This document shows, in pieces, positions 62,684-64,000 of a stretch of 64,000 nucleotides of DNA. Made by a program: the position numbers and the translations under genes. The stretch comes from Candidatus Latescibacterota bacterium (lineage in GTDB: Bacteria > Latescibacterota > UBA2968 > UBA8231): assembly GCA_965200315.1 (NCBI GenBank), contig OZ241362.1:3072001-3136000 (forward strand), written 5' to 3'. Positions within the stretch are counted from its first letter, which is position 1; every line of letters starts with the position of its first letter. The notes under the pieces were generated by a model, which was given only the letters and a program-made list of their open reading frames with translations, was not told the origin of the DNA and searched no databases.

Positions 62684-63505
62684 TCAGGGGTTGGTGGGGG
62701 CTGCGATAGCCCAGTCTGTGGATTTTTTGAGTTTGTCGACGAGTTGGTCGAGCTGAGATTGGTGATGCTTGCGGACCAGCGCCTCGACGATCTGGGAGCG
62801 CACCTGTGTTAGGTCGCGGACCGTGCCAGCCTCGCAGTGCTCTAGGACCTGAATGAGGTGGTAGCCGTACTCGGTCGGCACTGGCTCGGAAATGATCTTG
62901 AGTGGTAGGCCTTGGCACGCGGCCCACAAGATGGGCTTTTCTACTTCGGAAAGATAGCCCAACTCGCCTCCTTCGTTGCGGGTGGCGGCATCGTGCGAGT
63001 ACTTGCGAGCCACCTCGGCAAAACTCTCGCCGCGCTGTAGCAGAGTTTGACGCCGGGCGCTGGCCTCGCGCTGGCTAGTCAGGAGGATGTGCCGCGCCCT
63101 AATCTCGGGATGCTGCCGGCGAAAATCAGCTTGATTCTCGTCGTAGTAGCCGCGGATTGCGGCCTCGCTGAAGACGAGCTCTTGGTCTTGGAACTCCGCG
63201 TCGAGCAAGGCCGCCACCAGCAGGTCGCGCCGCATCTGCGCTAGGAGCGTTTTGAGCCGCTCCTGATGGTGGAGCCCACGGGCGAGCGCTTCTTGATAGA
63301 GCAATTCTTGGCGCACCCAGCCCTCGATTAGTTGCGCCCGCTCCTCTTTGGCTAGCTCGGCATCGAGGCCGAGCGCGAGTTGGCTGGCGAACTCGCGCTC
63401 TGTGAGCTCGGCGTCTCCGACGCGGGCGATGAGGTCACGGGTGCTCAACGATTCGCACCCCGGCAGTGCGCTGAGTGCGAGCGCGATGGCAAGCAGTGCG
63501 TTCAG
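62684..63505 (-). CDS. Parvulin-type PPIase lipoprotein (start uncertain)
   Basis: Lipobox-like LPGC, RARHIL, GGELG, TEYGYHLI. Confidence 0.8.
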   Translation of the reverse strand: MNALLAIALALSALPGCESLSTRDLIARVGDAELTEREFASQLALGLDAELAKEERAQLIEGWVRQELLYQEALARGLHHQERLKTLLAQMRRDLLVAALLDAEFQDQELVFSEAAIRGYYDENQADFRRQHPEIRARHILLTSQREASARRQTLLQRGESFAEVARKYSHDAATRNEGGELGYLSEVEKPILWAACQGLPLKIISEPVPTEYGYHLIQVLEHCEAGTVRDLTQVRSQIVEALVRKHHQSQLDQLVDKLKKSTDWAIAAPTNP

Positions 63506-64000
63506 AGGATTTCCTCCAGGGTATTGCGCGCCTTTTCCAAGCGCTCTATCTCGTCGCGGCCCGGCACCCGGACCTCGATCTTGAACTGCTCGCCCAAGTC
63601 GAAGTCTAGCTGGGCCGAACATTGCTCCACCATCTTCTCGATGTCGGCTGGCGAGACTGGCCTGTCTGGCGGAAAGGCGAGGCGCAAGCGACTCTGCTCC
63701 AACTGAACGCTTGTGAGGCCGAGCTGGCGGGCCATGATCTTGATTTCCATGATGTGCATTAGCGCGCGCGCTGGCTGGGGCAGGCGTCCAAAGCGATCCT
63801 GCATCTCTTCGCGGATATCCAAAAGTTCGACAATGCGGCCAGCGTCGGCTAAGCGCTGGTAGAATTCTACTTTTTGGTCCGAGTCGTGCAGGTACTCATC
63901 TGGAATATAAGCCGAGACTGCAATTTTTATCTCGGGCTCGGGGTTGTCGGGTGTGTACTCGCCCTTGATTTCGCGCATGGCCTCGTCGAGCAAGCGGCAG
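63502..64000 (-). CDS. mfd: Transcription-repair coupling factor, C-terminal TRCF domain (partial)
   Basis: LLDEAMREIKG, AYIPDEY, EMQDRFGRLP; typical mfd-PPIase-surA gene order. Confidence 0.9.
   Translation of the reverse strand, partial: CRLLDEAMREIKGEYTPDNPEPEIKIAVSAYIPDEYLHDSDQKVEFYQRLADAGRIVELLDIREEMQDRFGRLPQPARALMHIMEIKIMARQLGLTSVQLEQSRLRLAFPPDRPVSPADIEKMVEQCSAQLDFDLGEQFKIEVRVPGRDEIERLEKARNTLEEIL

Overview
High-GC bacterial chromosomal window with no prophage, CRISPR array, rRNA or tRNA detected. Gene content (three PhyH-family dioxygenases, two sulfatases, two mannonate dehydratases, aldo/keto reductases, a family of secreted FlgD-Ig/TPNGDG proteins, many toxin-antitoxin loci) resembles FCB-group host-associated bacteria such as Latescibacterota; this is inference only. 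Housekeeping genes: hemF, psd, groEL with a CIRCE element, lipB, icd, moaC, argF, nrnA, surA-like PPIases and the 3' end of mfd. Most notable observations: (1) a PhyH enzyme with an H-x-G iron motif (halogenase-like) translationally coupled to dgcN-dgcA and followed by a C39-like peptidase; (2) a roughly 25-nt covarying hairpin element found once in-frame inside a CDS and once intergenically; (3) three paralogous secreted proteins sharing a C-terminal TPNGDG/FlgD domain ending in Tyr, two of them decayed; (4) a recurrent 'hollowed gene' pattern in which the start and end of a gene or TA pair are joined by an internal deletion; (5) a TATAGC...GCTATA MITE family carrying REP-like palindromes; (6) a frameshift-split type IIG/ISP-like restriction-modification gene. 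All protein family calls come from motif recognition, not database searches.
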